This document shows, one piece after another, positions 1 to 9,022 of a stretch of DNA of 64,000 bases; position 1 is the first letter of the stretch; the number at the start of each line of letters is the position of its first letter. This stretch comes from an uncultured bacterium (GTDB lineage: Bacteria; Oederibacteriota; PGYV01; CAWJRG01): NCBI GenBank assembly GCA_963845185.1, contig CAWJRG010000005.1:256001-320000 (forward strand). The letters run 5' to 3'. Below the pieces are notes generated by a model. The model saw only the letters and a program-made list of their open reading frames with translations, was not told the origin of the DNA and ran no database searches. A program made the position numbers and the translations under genes.

Positions 1-609
1 TGCGTCGTAATAAATAGTGAATAACACTTTTGTTCCCACATTTGCAGTTGTACCTTCCGCTACCTTGTATAGATTTATATAAGGTGAAGTTAGCGGTACT
101 GTAAAAGATACACATCCCTGCTGATCCGCTGTTATGCCGGTAGCTTGTAAATAAACATTGTAGCTGCCCATCGCAACAACAGCGTAATAAGTATCGCCGG
201 GAATCAAGGTAGTAGGCATTACAAAAGATTTAGAATAGGAATATGTTCCTGCTACTGTAGGTGTCGGCATATCATTACAACCCGATGAAGTTACACATGA
301 TAAACAGCCATTAGAATAGCTTGGAGTTGGTACAGCACATGCGTCTCCTACCACAACATTCATCTGTGTGCTGCCACCATAACCGGAAGTAATCGGACAT
401 TGGTTATAGATTGCGATGAAATACATCTCAGGCTCCGGGCCATAACTGCAGGTATAACTCCAATTTAATGTGGTAGTTTGCCCGGGATTTGGATTTGATG
501 GACCTAAAGATACATTAGTAATTGCTGTAACAGTGGAAAAAACAGGAGTTTTAAACAAAACAATAATAATGAAAGTTATAAAAATAAGTATACTGACTTT
601 TTTCATCAT
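1..609 (-). CDS. 5' part of a secreted Cys-rich/DUF11-type surface protein, paralog of the family at 24-63 kb (runs off the left edge)
   Basis: Not in the ORF track. Manual translation from ATG 609 (GGAGG upstream) is open to position 1: MMKKVSILIFITFIIIVLFKTPVFS (signal peptide), TVTAITNVSLGPSNPNPGQ...DTYYAVVAMGSYNVY...QQGCVSFTVP...INLYKVAEGTTANVGTKVLFTIYY. This matches GTYYAIVAVRDCNIY...NQACVPFTV...INKRVDGTLALPGDLILYSIDY in 27324..29783. Confidence 0.85.
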   Translation of the reverse strand, partial: MMKKVSILIFITFIIIVLFKTPVFSTVTAITNVSLGPSNPNPGQTTTLNWSYTCSYGPEPEMYFIAIYNQCPITSGYGGSTQMNVVVGDACAVPTPSYSNGCLSCVTSSGCNDMPTPTVAGTYSYSKSFVMPTTLIPGDTYYAVVAMGSYNVYLQATGITADQQGCVSFTVPLTSPYINLYKVAEGTTANVGTKVLFTIYYDA

Positions 610-646
610 ATTGTTTAACTATCCTCCGAAAACGTTTTCATTACTA

Positions 647-674
647 AGTATAACACAATTTTTCAATTTTTCAA
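647..674 (-). promoter_or_regulatory. Putative sigma70 promoter TTGAAA-N16-TATACT with extended -10 TG
   Basis: Minus strand reads TTGAAA aattgaaaaattgtgt TATACT about 40 nt upstream of ATG 609. Confidence 0.45.
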
Positions 675-810
675 GTTGATTATTTTAAATGCTTTTTGAG
701 ACAATTACAGTATTGGAAAGTTGCGAGTGTTTAATTTTATTAAATCAATTTTGCATTTATATCATTATTAGTATTCCACATACATATTAAAGGTTTTTGG
801 CAAAATCTAT

Positions 811-878
811 AAAATAAAAAGAGATGGTAAAGAGTAATTAATTTCTGGTGAGGGAGCTAAACTCTTTATCCATCTCTT
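811..878 (-). ncRNA. Candidate small hairpin RNA (or terminator) directly downstream of an ECF-type promoter
   Basis: 17-bp stem (819-835 with 861-878, one bulge), 25-nt loop, followed by UUUAUUUU on the minus strand. The 5' end lies 6 nt below the -10 element at 884-890. Confidence 0.45.
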
Positions 879-883
879 GATTA

Positions 884-911
884 TTAGACATCTAATAATC
901 AAAAAAGTTCC
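884..911 (-). promoter_or_regulatory. ECF sigma (sigmaE/AlgU-like) promoter GGAACTT-N14-TGTCTAA
   Basis: Equivalent to GGAACTT-N16-TCTAA. The same motif and spacing recur four more times in the window. Confidence 0.7.
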
Positions 912-1000
912 GATTATTTTCATTTTTTTTTAATAAACCAACCTCCTGATTATTTGGTTATTACATCCCCCAATATTGTTTTTCTTCACTGCTCCATGTT

Positions 1001-1873
1001 TTACATGGCTTTTAGCCGTTCAATCCTTTTATCTATCGGAGGGTGGGTGCTGAATAAGACTTCCTCATTTTCGAGCGCCAAAGGCGATGCAAAATACATG
1101 TGATAAAGCGCCCTGTTGTGCTCTTCCGGTATATAGTTTTCGCCTTTAATCTTTCCAAGAGCGCCTATGAGTCCAGCCGGATATCTGGTCAATAAAACGC
1201 TTTGCGCGTCGGCCATATATTCCCTTTCGCGTGATACGGCATAACTTATTATCATCGCTGCAAACGGCGCCAGTATTGCGACAATAAAAGCGAATAAAAT
1301 AAATCCCGCGCCTCTTTTCCGCGCAACATCAAACGAGCGCCTGAATGATCCTCTCCTTATCCAGTCGGCAATCATCACTATCATGCCCACCAGTACTGCC
1401 GAAACCGATGACACAAGTATGTCATATTCTTTTATATGGCTCATTTCATGCCCGATTACGCCTTCAAGCTCCAGCTTTTCGAGCTGTTGCAAGGCGCCTT
1501 CAGTGACGGCTATTGTGCTGTGTTTGGGATTTCTTCCGGTGGCAAAAGCATTGATTGACTGGTCATGCAGCACAAATATCTGCGGCGTCGGCACTCCCGC
1601 GGCAAGCGCCAGGCCTTCGACAGAATAAAAAAGCTGCGGATGGATTTTGCGGTCCGCTGCTTCCGCTCCTGAAATGGTGAGTATTATAGAGTCACTGTAA
1701 TAATAAGATGTGAACATTGCTATTATGGAAATAATAAAAGCTATGCCTATCCCATAGTAAACCTGGCCGTATATTTCTCCAAGGACATAGCCGAGCCCCA
1801 CAAGCACAAGAAAATACCCGAAAAAAAGTACAAATGTGTTGAATTTATTTTTGCCTATTTCTTCATAGACCAT
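1001..1873 (-). CDS. htpX: Zinc metalloprotease HtpX (M48)
   Basis: NAFATG, HEMSH zinc motif, SREREYMADA, STHPP, transmembrane segments; downstream of lemA. Confidence 0.92.
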   Translation of the reverse strand: MVYEEIGKNKFNTFVLFFGYFLVLVGLGYVLGEIYGQVYYGIGIAFIISIIAMFTSYYYSDSIILTISGAEAADRKIHPQLFYSVEGLALAAGVPTPQIFVLHDQSINAFATGRNPKHSTIAVTEGALQQLEKLELEGVIGHEMSHIKEYDILVSSVSAVLVGMIVMIADWIRRGSFRRSFDVARKRGAGFILFAFIVAILAPFAAMIISYAVSREREYMADAQSVLLTRYPAGLIGALGKIKGENYIPEEHNRALYHMYFASPLALENEEVLFSTHPPIDKRIERLKAM

Positions 1874-1896
1874 AGGTTTGCCTTTGATTAATAGTT

Positions 1897-2451
1897 TTAA
1901 AACTTCACTTCCGGCTTTTTCCTGTCTTCCTCGGTTATCTCAAAATAAGCATTTTGCTTATGGCCAAACATTGTTGCAAACATGGCAGCCGGGAATTCCT
2001 GCTGGTACTGGTTGTAATACCTCACACACTCGTTGTAAAACTGCCTTGCATAAGCTATTTTACCTTCTATGCCCGACAATTCCTGCTGCAGATTCATGAA
2101 ATTCTGGTCGGCTTTCAGCTGCGGGTAGTTTTCGACTACGGCAAAAAGGGATTTTAATGCGCCTGCTAGCGCGTTGTTTGCGTCTATGGTTTTTGATATA
2201 TCGCCGCCCGCGCCCTGCATCATTGCCCGCGCTTTTGTAACATCTTCGAGCACCGTGCGTTCATGAGCGGCATAACCTTTTACCGTCTCGACAAGGTTCG
2301 GTATTAAATCCGACCTTAGTTTCAGCTGGACATCAATCTGCGCCCATGCCTCGTTTGACCTGTTCCTCAAAATAACCAGTTTGTTAAAAATAAATGTTAC
2401 ATAAAAAATTAAAAAAAGTACAACTGCTCCGACTGCGATTAATATTGTCAT
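1897..2451 (-). CDS. lemA: LemA family protein
   Basis: AWAQIDVQLKLRSDLIPNLVETVKGYAAHE, ENYPQLKADQNF, ARQFYN. Start moved to ATG 2451 because GGGAGGT precedes it and the longer start lies inside a palindromic repeat. Confidence 0.93.
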   Translation of the reverse strand: MTILIAVGAVVLFLIFYVTFIFNKLVILRNRSNEAWAQIDVQLKLRSDLIPNLVETVKGYAAHERTVLEDVTKARAMMQGAGGDISKTIDANNALAGALKSLFAVVENYPQLKADQNFMNLQQELSGIEGKIAYARQFYNECVRYYNQYQQEFPAAMFATMFGHKQNAYFEITEEDRKKPEVKF

Positions 2452-2463
2452 ACTGTACCTCCC

Positions 2464-2561
2464 AAGCAAGAGTTTATTTTGCAAACCCGTAGGGTGCAGC
2501 AAAATATTACTCTTGCTTGCACCCGTTCCAGTCCAAGGCGATAGCCGAGGACAAGCGGTGC
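2464..2561. repeat. Composite REP-like palindromic repeat (two hairpin modules), empty allele
   Basis: AAGCAAGAGT..TATTTTGC..ACCC-gta-GGGT..GCAAAATA..ACTCTTGCTT, then GCACCCG..GTCC..GGAC-AAGCGGTGC. Nearly the same sequence is at 24082-24244; related copies at 18272-18433 and 55356-55514. Confidence 0.8.
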
Positions 2562-2681
2562 TATTTTAATAATTATTAGTTTACATTGTTTCTTTTCACA
2601 TCTAAAACCCAAAATCTAAATTCTAAAATTATACTGCTTACCCCTTACCCCATACCACTTTTCACTCTTATTTTTAAGCGC

Positions 2682-3659
2682 CTACTGCGCCCACCATACA
2701 TCGTTCTTATAATTGCTACTCCCTTCAGAACCTGCTATTACCCACATTTTATTGCTGAATGCCACGCTTGTATGGTTTCCCCTTATACTGAAACCCGCGG
2801 CTGCAGTTGCCTGATGCCAGTTTATGCCGTCAGCCGAATACCATACGTCGTTTTCATAACCGGCATTGCTGTCTGACCCGGCTATGACCCACATTGCGTT
2901 GTTGTATACTATGCTGGTATGGTAGTCCCTTGCCGGAAATGCCGCGTTGCCTGTAGCTTCTGCCCAGTTTGCGCCGTCAGACGAATACCAGACATCATTT
3001 TTATAACTGTTGTCATAACCTGCTATGACCCACATTTTATTGTTAAATACTACGCTTGTATGCCCTGCTCTTGCGCTGAATGCTGCTGATGCTGTCGCAG
3101 TTAACCAGTTTGCGCCATCTTCCGAATACCATACATCCTTCGTATATCCGCCAAATACGCCGCCTATTACCCACATTGCATTGTTATATACAACACTTGT
3201 ATGCGAATATCTGTTGCCAAAAGCTGCATTTTGTGTGGTAGCCATCCAGTCAACGCCGTCTGTTGAATACCATGCGTCGCTTATGCCGCCGCTGACGCCA
3301 TACCCGCCTATCACCCACATTGCGTTGTTAAATGCTATGCTTGTATGCATTATTCTTGCATTGAAAGCAGTCCCTGAAACAGACTGCTGCCAGTATGTTC
3401 CATCCATTGAATACCATACGTCATTGAAAAGGCTGGTGCTGTTTCCCCCTGCTATCACCCACATTGCGCCGTCATAAACCACGCTGCTATGGTAATTCCG
3501 TGCGCTGAAATCAGCTGCCCTGGATGCCTCTGTCCATGCAGTACCTGATACAGCCGTAGCTGCCGGCGCAGGAAAAGCCGGGTTGACAGTTTTTTTGCAT
3601 CCTAGCGTCAGGATAAGCGTAACAGCTATTATGAAAGCCCCCGATAGTACCTTTTTCAA
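2682..3659 (-). CDS. Lipoprotein with Kelch-like beta-propeller repeats
   Basis: Lipobox LTLGC; six ~50-aa repeats R-x-x-H-T/S-S-V-V-x-N-N-x-M-W-V-I-x-G...DVWYS-x-DG-x-x-W. Confidence 0.8.
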   Translation of the reverse strand: MKKVLSGAFIIAVTLILTLGCKKTVNPAFPAPAATAVSGTAWTEASRAADFSARNYHSSVVYDGAMWVIAGGNSTSLFNDVWYSMDGTYWQQSVSGTAFNARIMHTSIAFNNAMWVIGGYGVSGGISDAWYSTDGVDWMATTQNAAFGNRYSHTSVVYNNAMWVIGGVFGGYTKDVWYSEDGANWLTATASAAFSARAGHTSVVFNNKMWVIAGYDNSYKNDVWYSSDGANWAEATGNAAFPARDYHTSIVYNNAMWVIAGSDSNAGYENDVWYSADGINWHQATAAAGFSIRGNHTSVAFSNKMWVIAGSEGSSNYKNDVWWAQ

Positions 3660-3660
3660 C

Positions 3661-4167
3661 TTAAAATTCCTTTGCTATTTGTATTATTGTTTCGTTTTTC
3701 GCGTTGTTATATCCGGCCTTTATCTGAACAGGAAAAGCATTGTGCAGCCAAAAGTAATCTACCAGAGTGTATAGTACACAGGCGCTGCCGGCTGCCAGTG
3801 GAATCACAACATTTGAAACCCTTGAGTCCACTTTATCTTTTTCATACATAAGCCGCCAGTAATTTGCCTCGGTCGTGTTGTCAATCTGAGCCTTTAATGT
3901 ATTATATGCATCCGCTTGCGAGTTATAGTCCTCTATTGCCCATACCGTAAGCCCTGCTAAAGCCACATCCGATACTAAAATCGCCCAGCCGTATCCCGTA
4001 ATTGACTGGATTGTTTCCGGGCCATTGACTTTAGCTGATGCAGTCAGCGGTATTGCATTCGCTGTCTCCGTCAAGGATACAGCAACCGTGTTGGTATTGC
4101 CGCTTTCACCGAAAATAAACGCGGAAAATAATAATAAAACTATTAAGAAAATTGCTGTTTTTTTCAT
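3661..4167 (-). CDS. Hypothetical exported/membrane protein
   Basis: GGAGG RBS, signal peptide, two hydrophobic stretches, C-terminal Phe; abuts the Kelch lipoprotein gene. Confidence 0.7.
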   Translation of the reverse strand: MKKTAIFLIVLLLFSAFIFGESGNTNTVAVSLTETANAIPLTASAKVNGPETIQSITGYGWAILVSDVALAGLTVWAIEDYNSQADAYNTLKAQIDNTTEANYWRLMYEKDKVDSRVSNVVIPLAAGSACVLYTLVDYFWLHNAFPVQIKAGYNNAKNETIIQIAKEF

Positions 4168-4266
4168 TGTTTACAACACCTCCATTTTGAATTTTTACCG
4201 CTGAAAAAATTATATCAAACCCCTATCGCCGAGGTCAAGCTAAATAAAAATACATTTAGTAGTGGT

Positions 4267-5049
4267 TCACTCCGAAAGTTTTATTATCATGCCGTTTTTT
4301 CTTGCCCTTCTATGCGCTATATTCAATAGATAAAAAAGCAGTATGATATAGAATGCCGTTATGCCAAACCCTATGGATAACGGGTGCGGAAAAACAGGCT
4401 TAAAGCCGTAGCCTGTCCTGAAATACTCGAGAAAATACGTGACCGGTATTAATGCCGAGATATATTGCACGGCTTTCGGAAGCATGTTGACAGGGTAATA
4501 AATCCCGCATATCAGCATTATAATCGTCGTTACCATCCATACTATTTCCACTATCCTCTGGCCGAAAAAAAGTATTATAAAAATCACGCTCATGCCTATT
4601 ATAAGTGCGCTTAAAAAAATCCCTATTATGGATAAAACTACTATTTGAGGCGCCGGCAGGTAAAAATGAAATGCCCACATGGAAAAACCGCCAAGTGCCA
4701 CGTAAACAATAATTCCCCTTACAAGCCCGAAAAGCCATGACCCCAATATATAATCATAATGTGAAATTGGCGTCACAAAGGTCTGCTTTAAGCTCTTCGA
4801 CCACACGTCAAAAAGCAGGCCGTACGCTACATCCACCTGCGTGACCTGCAAAGCGCCCGACACTATTGCTCCGGTCAGTAGAAAAGCCCTCATATCCGCC
4901 GACAGGGAAAGGAAATTTCCCATCATTCCTATTGATATGACACCTATCGCAGGCCAGAATAGTATCTCAACAAAGGCGTAAAAGTTCCTTTTTGCGAAAA
5001 TATAGCTCCTGTAAGTGAAAGCAAGTATTTTATTGATTTGCGAGAGCAA
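4267..5049 (-). CDS. ABC-2 type transporter permease
   Basis: About six TM helices, CGIYYPVNMLP and LIPVTY motifs; overlaps the ATPase gene. Confidence 0.85.
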   Translation of the reverse strand: MLSQINKILAFTYRSYIFAKRNFYAFVEILFWPAIGVISIGMMGNFLSLSADMRAFLLTGAIVSGALQVTQVDVAYGLLFDVWSKSLKQTFVTPISHYDYILGSWLFGLVRGIIVYVALGGFSMWAFHFYLPAPQIVVLSIIGIFLSALIIGMSVIFIILFFGQRIVEIVWMVTTIIMLICGIYYPVNMLPKAVQYISALIPVTYFLEYFRTGYGFKPVFPHPLSIGFGITAFYIILLFYLLNIAHRRARKNGMIIKLSE

Positions 5050-5788
5050 TGAACATTCCCTCCAGGTCTTTTGTTTTGGTGGATTTTTTCAGCTCCGATT
5101 TTGTTCCGAGCGCTATTATTTTCCCGTTTCTTATGAAAGCTATCCTGCCGCACAATTCCTCTGCTTCAGGCATGTAATGTGTGGTCAGTATTGTGGTTAT
5201 GTCCCTTTCCCTGTGTATTTTATTTATTAGCTTGCGTGTCTTATGCGCTATGTCCGGGTCAAGACCTGTAGTCGGCTCGTCAAGAAGCAGTATCTCGGGG
5301 TCGTTGAGCATGGCTTTTGCCATGGCAAGCTTCTGCTTGTTGCCGGTTGAAAGTTCGTCATAAAGCACCCTGCGGTTTTCTTCAAGGTCAAAAATTTCAA
5401 TATTATGTTCTATCCTGTGTTTGAGGTCCCTGCCCGAAAAGCCGTAAAGCATGCCGTAAAACCTCAGGGCTTCTTCCACGTTTAACGACCACGGAAAATT
5501 CGGGTTCCCCGAGCACATATTCATGCGCGACTTTATATTATTGCTGAAATTTTTTGTCACGTCGTGCCCCATAACCCCTACGCTGCCTTCGTCCGTTTCA
5601 AGCTGTCCTATCAGGATATTCAAAAAGGTTGTCTTTCCTGCGCCGTTTGGACCAAGCACTCCGAATATCTCGCCTTTTTTGATATCAAGGTCTATTCCAC
5701 GCAGCGCTTGCGTCTTTCTCCTTCCAAACATGCCGCTTTTGTAGGTTTTATGAATGCCTCTTACTTCTATTATATTTTCGTTTTTCAT
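5030..5788 (-). CDS. ABC transporter ATP-binding protein
   Basis: Walker A GPNGAGKT, signature LSTGNKQK, Walker B LLLDEPT, H-loop TTHYM. Confidence 0.93.
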   Translation of the reverse strand: MKNENIIEVRGIHKTYKSGMFGRRKTQALRGIDLDIKKGEIFGVLGPNGAGKTTFLNILIGQLETDEGSVGVMGHDVTKNFSNNIKSRMNMCSGNPNFPWSLNVEEALRFYGMLYGFSGRDLKHRIEHNIEIFDLEENRRVLYDELSTGNKQKLAMAKAMLNDPEILLLDEPTTGLDPDIAHKTRKLINKIHRERDITTILTTHYMPEAEELCGRIAFIRNGKIIALGTKSELKKSTKTKDLEGMFIALANQ

Positions 5789-5822
5789 ATTATCCTTTTT
5801 TTTAAATACCTGTCATTGCGAG

Positions 5823-5891
5823 AGTTAAGAAGTCCAGTGGACTTCTTAACGGGTAGTCACATCATTTTTTTATAATATAAAAACTACCCTA
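5823..5891. mobile_element. Two-hairpin mini-element copy A, inside a TGTCATTGCGAG-type REP remnant
   Basis: GTTAAGAAGTCC-agt-GGACTTCTTAAC followed directly by GGGTAGT...ACTACCC. Flanks TGTCATTGCGAG and AAGTAACGAAGCA match the repeat at 13108. Confidence 0.7.
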
Positions 5892-5928
5892 AAGTAACGA
5901 AGCATTGACATACTTAAAGTGGCATAGT

Positions 5929-6840
5929 TTATTTTGTCTTTATTATATATTTCTCCACCATGTGATGCGGATAATAAGACATTTTGGCCTTTCTTAACCC
6001 CTCATTGCCTAAATCCTGTTCCCTGTTTATGAATTTGAATTTACCAAGGAATTTCTCGCAGAACATCTGGTTTATTGCCTGATAAATGCCCTTGAACTCA
6101 TGGTTCGCCTTTTCAATATGCACAACCGCGGTTTCAGGGTTTAATTCGCCTGCTACTGTAAACCCGTGCATTATGCTGTCTATTTTCAATGCTGCGCCTA
6201 TCACCGGAAGCTTTTCATAATTTTCCAGTATTTCCATGACTGCAATATTCTCGTTTAAAAGCGAAATGTCGTCCTTGCACGGTTTCATATCACACCATTT
6301 TTTTTGAAAATCTATGCATTCCTTTGTTACTTTGCCTTCTATAGCCACAAACTCGTGATTTGGGTACATGTTTTTAAATTTTTTTATCTGATTCCTTTTC
6401 CCGTCATACTTCCTGCCTTTTAATCCCACGAGGTCTTCTCTCAGGTAAACATAATCCCATTCCTTCCTGTCTTCTTCCACGGCAAACTCATCCTTAAGGC
6501 TCGGGAACCTATCGATAATCTCTTTTGTCGCTGCGAAAATCTGCGCGCATTTCCCGGCCCGGTCGCAGTTGCTCAACAGCGCCTGTATAGTTTTTAAAAT
6601 ATCGTTTTCGCCTATTGGCGGGAAAAAATAATGAGTGCCTTCCCTTTCTATCTCAACGCATATATTGCCGTTAAAACGCGATATTTTTCTTTCCTTTATA
6701 ACGCGCCAGGCAAACAATTCGGTAAACATAAGCTCCGAGACTTGCGGCAGGTATTTTTTTAGCGCAGCTTCGACAATCTCTCTGTGTTCCATGCCAAAAG
6801 AAACGCTTTCAGGGTATTCTGGTAAATGATTTATATTCAT
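5929..6840 (-). CDS. DUF2156 / phosphatidylglycerol lysyltransferase C-terminal-like protein
   Basis: DYVYLREDLVGLKGRKYDGKRNQI, VHIEKA, INREQDLGNEGLRKAKMSYYP. Confidence 0.85.
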   Translation of the reverse strand: MNINHLPEYPESVSFGMEHREIVEAALKKYLPQVSELMFTELFAWRVIKERKISRFNGNICVEIEREGTHYFFPPIGENDILKTIQALLSNCDRAGKCAQIFAATKEIIDRFPSLKDEFAVEEDRKEWDYVYLREDLVGLKGRKYDGKRNQIKKFKNMYPNHEFVAIEGKVTKECIDFQKKWCDMKPCKDDISLLNENIAVMEILENYEKLPVIGAALKIDSIMHGFTVAGELNPETAVVHIEKANHEFKGIYQAINQMFCEKFLGKFKFINREQDLGNEGLRKAKMSYYPHHMVEKYIIKTK

Positions 6841-6886
6841 ATGTTTTTCACGGGTAAAAATTTCTCCTTTGGTAAGATCTCGAGGT

Positions 6887-7915
6887 TTATAAGATTATCA
6901 CCTTGCCGTTACCTTTTGTAATTTCCCCTATATTATAAACTTTTTCTTTTCTTTCAATTAAAAATTTTTTTATTGCAGATTCTTTTTTCCTGTCCACTAT
7001 AAGCACCATGCCTATACCCATGTTATAAACACGGTGCATTTCAATATCATTTACTTTTCCAAGCTTTTGGATTAGTTTGAATATCGGCAAAATTTTCCAG
7101 CTGAATTTATTAATGACACAGTTTGTGTTTTTCGGCATGACTCTCGGTATATTGTCGTAAAATCCTCCTCCTGTCAGGTGAGCTATTCCGTGAACATGTT
7201 TAAAATATTTTTGTATCAGCGGGTAAACGGATTTTAAATAAGATTTATGAGGTTTCAAAAGCGCTGCGCCAAGCGTCGTGCCCAGCTCCTTAATATGCCT
7301 TGTATATGGAATGTTTTTGCCTTCAAATATCTTCCGCGCAAGCGAATACCCGTTTGTATGCAGCCCCACTGACGCAAGGCCCAGCACAACATCGCCTTTT
7401 TTGACTTTTTCCCCTGTTATTATCCTGCCTTTATCTATTTGGCCGATAATGGTGCCTACGAGGTCATAATCCCCCTGTTTGTACATGCCCGGCATTTCTG
7501 CTGTTTCCCCGCCGATTAACACACACTTATTTTCTCTGCAGGCTTTTGACAGGCCTTTTATTACGTCAACAAGCACATTGCCCCGGAGCTTACCTGTGCC
7601 GAAATAATCGAGAAAAAACAGGGGTTTTGCGCCCATTACAAGTATGTCGTTTACACAATGGTTCACTATGTCGCAACCCACAGTATCATGGATATTCAGT
7701 TGCTGGGCTATTTTTAATTTTGTACCTACCCCGTCCGTGCTTGCCACGAGCAGCCTGTTATCTGCTCCTTCAAGCCTGTACACGCCGCCAAATGAGCCGA
7801 TATCCGTGGCTGTATTTTTGTTAAAAGTTGACTTGATAAAAGCTTTTGCCCTGTTCAGCGCTTTTGCTGCAGCATCTATGTCAACTCCGGATTTTTTATA
7901 CAAATTTGACTTCAT
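6887..7915 (-). CDS. purM: Phosphoribosylformylglycinamidine cyclo-ligase (AIR synthetase)
   Basis: YKKSGVDI, STDGVGTK, GGETAEMPG, GLHTNGYSL, HLTGGG, NMGIGM. Confidence 0.97.
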   Translation of the reverse strand: MKSNLYKKSGVDIDAAAKALNRAKAFIKSTFNKNTATDIGSFGGVYRLEGADNRLLVASTDGVGTKLKIAQQLNIHDTVGCDIVNHCVNDILVMGAKPLFFLDYFGTGKLRGNVLVDVIKGLSKACRENKCVLIGGETAEMPGMYKQGDYDLVGTIIGQIDKGRIITGEKVKKGDVVLGLASVGLHTNGYSLARKIFEGKNIPYTRHIKELGTTLGAALLKPHKSYLKSVYPLIQKYFKHVHGIAHLTGGGFYDNIPRVMPKNTNCVINKFSWKILPIFKLIQKLGKVNDIEMHRVYNMGIGMVLIVDRKKESAIKKFLIERKEKVYNIGEITKGNGKVIIL

Positions 7916-7953
7916 TTGATTTTCCTTTTTTCAATTTGAATTTACTGCGAATT

Positions 7954-9021
7954 TCAGAACTTCGGATACGACCCGAGTATTTTCACAAACCCGCACTCCC
8001 TTGCTACTTCGGCCAGTGCTTTTTTAACCTTAAAATCGTCCTTATACCCGGTAAAATCCACAAAAAAATAATAATCCCATGCCTTTTTTCCCGAAGGCCT
8101 TGATTCAATGCTTGTCAGGTTTATGCCGTATTTTGAAAGCGGCTTCAAAAGATTGTAAAGGGCTCCGACTTTGTCTTTTATCGAAACCATTATGGAAGTT
8201 TTGTCATTCCCTGTTTTTCTGCTTTCTTCTTTGCCGAGGATAAAAAATCTTGTGGTATTGTCCGTCATATCCTCAATTGATGAAGCAATTATATTCAATT
8301 TATACATTGACGCAGCAAGTTTGTCGCCTATGCCGGCTGATTTTTTATCTTTTGCGGCCAGCATTGCTGATTTTGAATTGCTGGAAACTTCCTTGAGCTC
8401 GGCATGGGGCAAATTTGCCTCAAGCCAGTTCCTGCACTGTGCCCTAGTCTGGGGGTGAACGTAAACAACTTTTATGTCTTTTAAGTGTTTTGCTTTCGAT
8501 AGAAGATTGTGCTTAATATCCAGCATTACTTCGGAGCATATTTTCAGGTCAAAATCCGCAAACATGTCAAATGTGTAATTGACCGCGCCTTCGGTTGAGT
8601 TCTCTACAGGCACTACGCCATAATCAACATTGCCTTTTTCAACTTCCATAAACACATCTTTTATGCTTTCCGCCGGTATGTATTCCGTTGCACTGCCGAA
8701 CCTCTTCATAGCCGCGAGGTGCGTATAGGACGCCGGCGCTCCGAAATAAGCTACCCTGACTTTCCTCTGCAAATCCCTGCTGGCGGAAAAAATCTCGTTA
8801 TATACCGCCTCAATGGCCCGATGCGGGAACTTCCCTTTTGAGGCTTTTTTAATATTGTTCAGTACATTCGCTTCTCTTGCCGGGTCGTACACTCCGCTTT
8901 CGTTTTTAATTTTTAAACCGGCTATATTTTTTACAGCTGTGGCCCTCTCGTCAAGAAGACTGACTATTTTTTTATCTATAATGTCAATCTGCTTCCTTAT
9001 GCCTTTTATATCTTTTGCCAT
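7954..9021 (-). CDS. pheA: Chorismate mutase / prephenate dehydratase
   Basis: N-terminal CM domain (IRKQIDIID, YDPARE), PVENSTEG, NTTRF, ACT domain with IESRP. Confidence 0.95.
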   Translation of the reverse strand: MAKDIKGIRKQIDIIDKKIVSLLDERATAVKNIAGLKIKNESGVYDPAREANVLNNIKKASKGKFPHRAIEAVYNEIFSASRDLQRKVRVAYFGAPASYTHLAAMKRFGSATEYIPAESIKDVFMEVEKGNVDYGVVPVENSTEGAVNYTFDMFADFDLKICSEVMLDIKHNLLSKAKHLKDIKVVYVHPQTRAQCRNWLEANLPHAELKEVSSNSKSAMLAAKDKKSAGIGDKLAASMYKLNIIASSIEDMTDNTTRFFILGKEESRKTGNDKTSIMVSIKDKVGALYNLLKPLSKYGINLTSIESRPSGKKAWDYYFFVDFTGYKDDFKVKKALAEVARECGFVKILGSYPKF

Positions 9022-9022
9022 A

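Noticed and set aside
470..679. 69-aa plus-strand ORF
   Set aside because: Antisense to the 1-609 gene, which has a signal peptide, an RBS and paralogs.
2595..2660. Short TCTAAA and TTACCCC tandem motifs (similar at 21205-21230)
   Set aside because: Low-complexity and too short to support a functional call.
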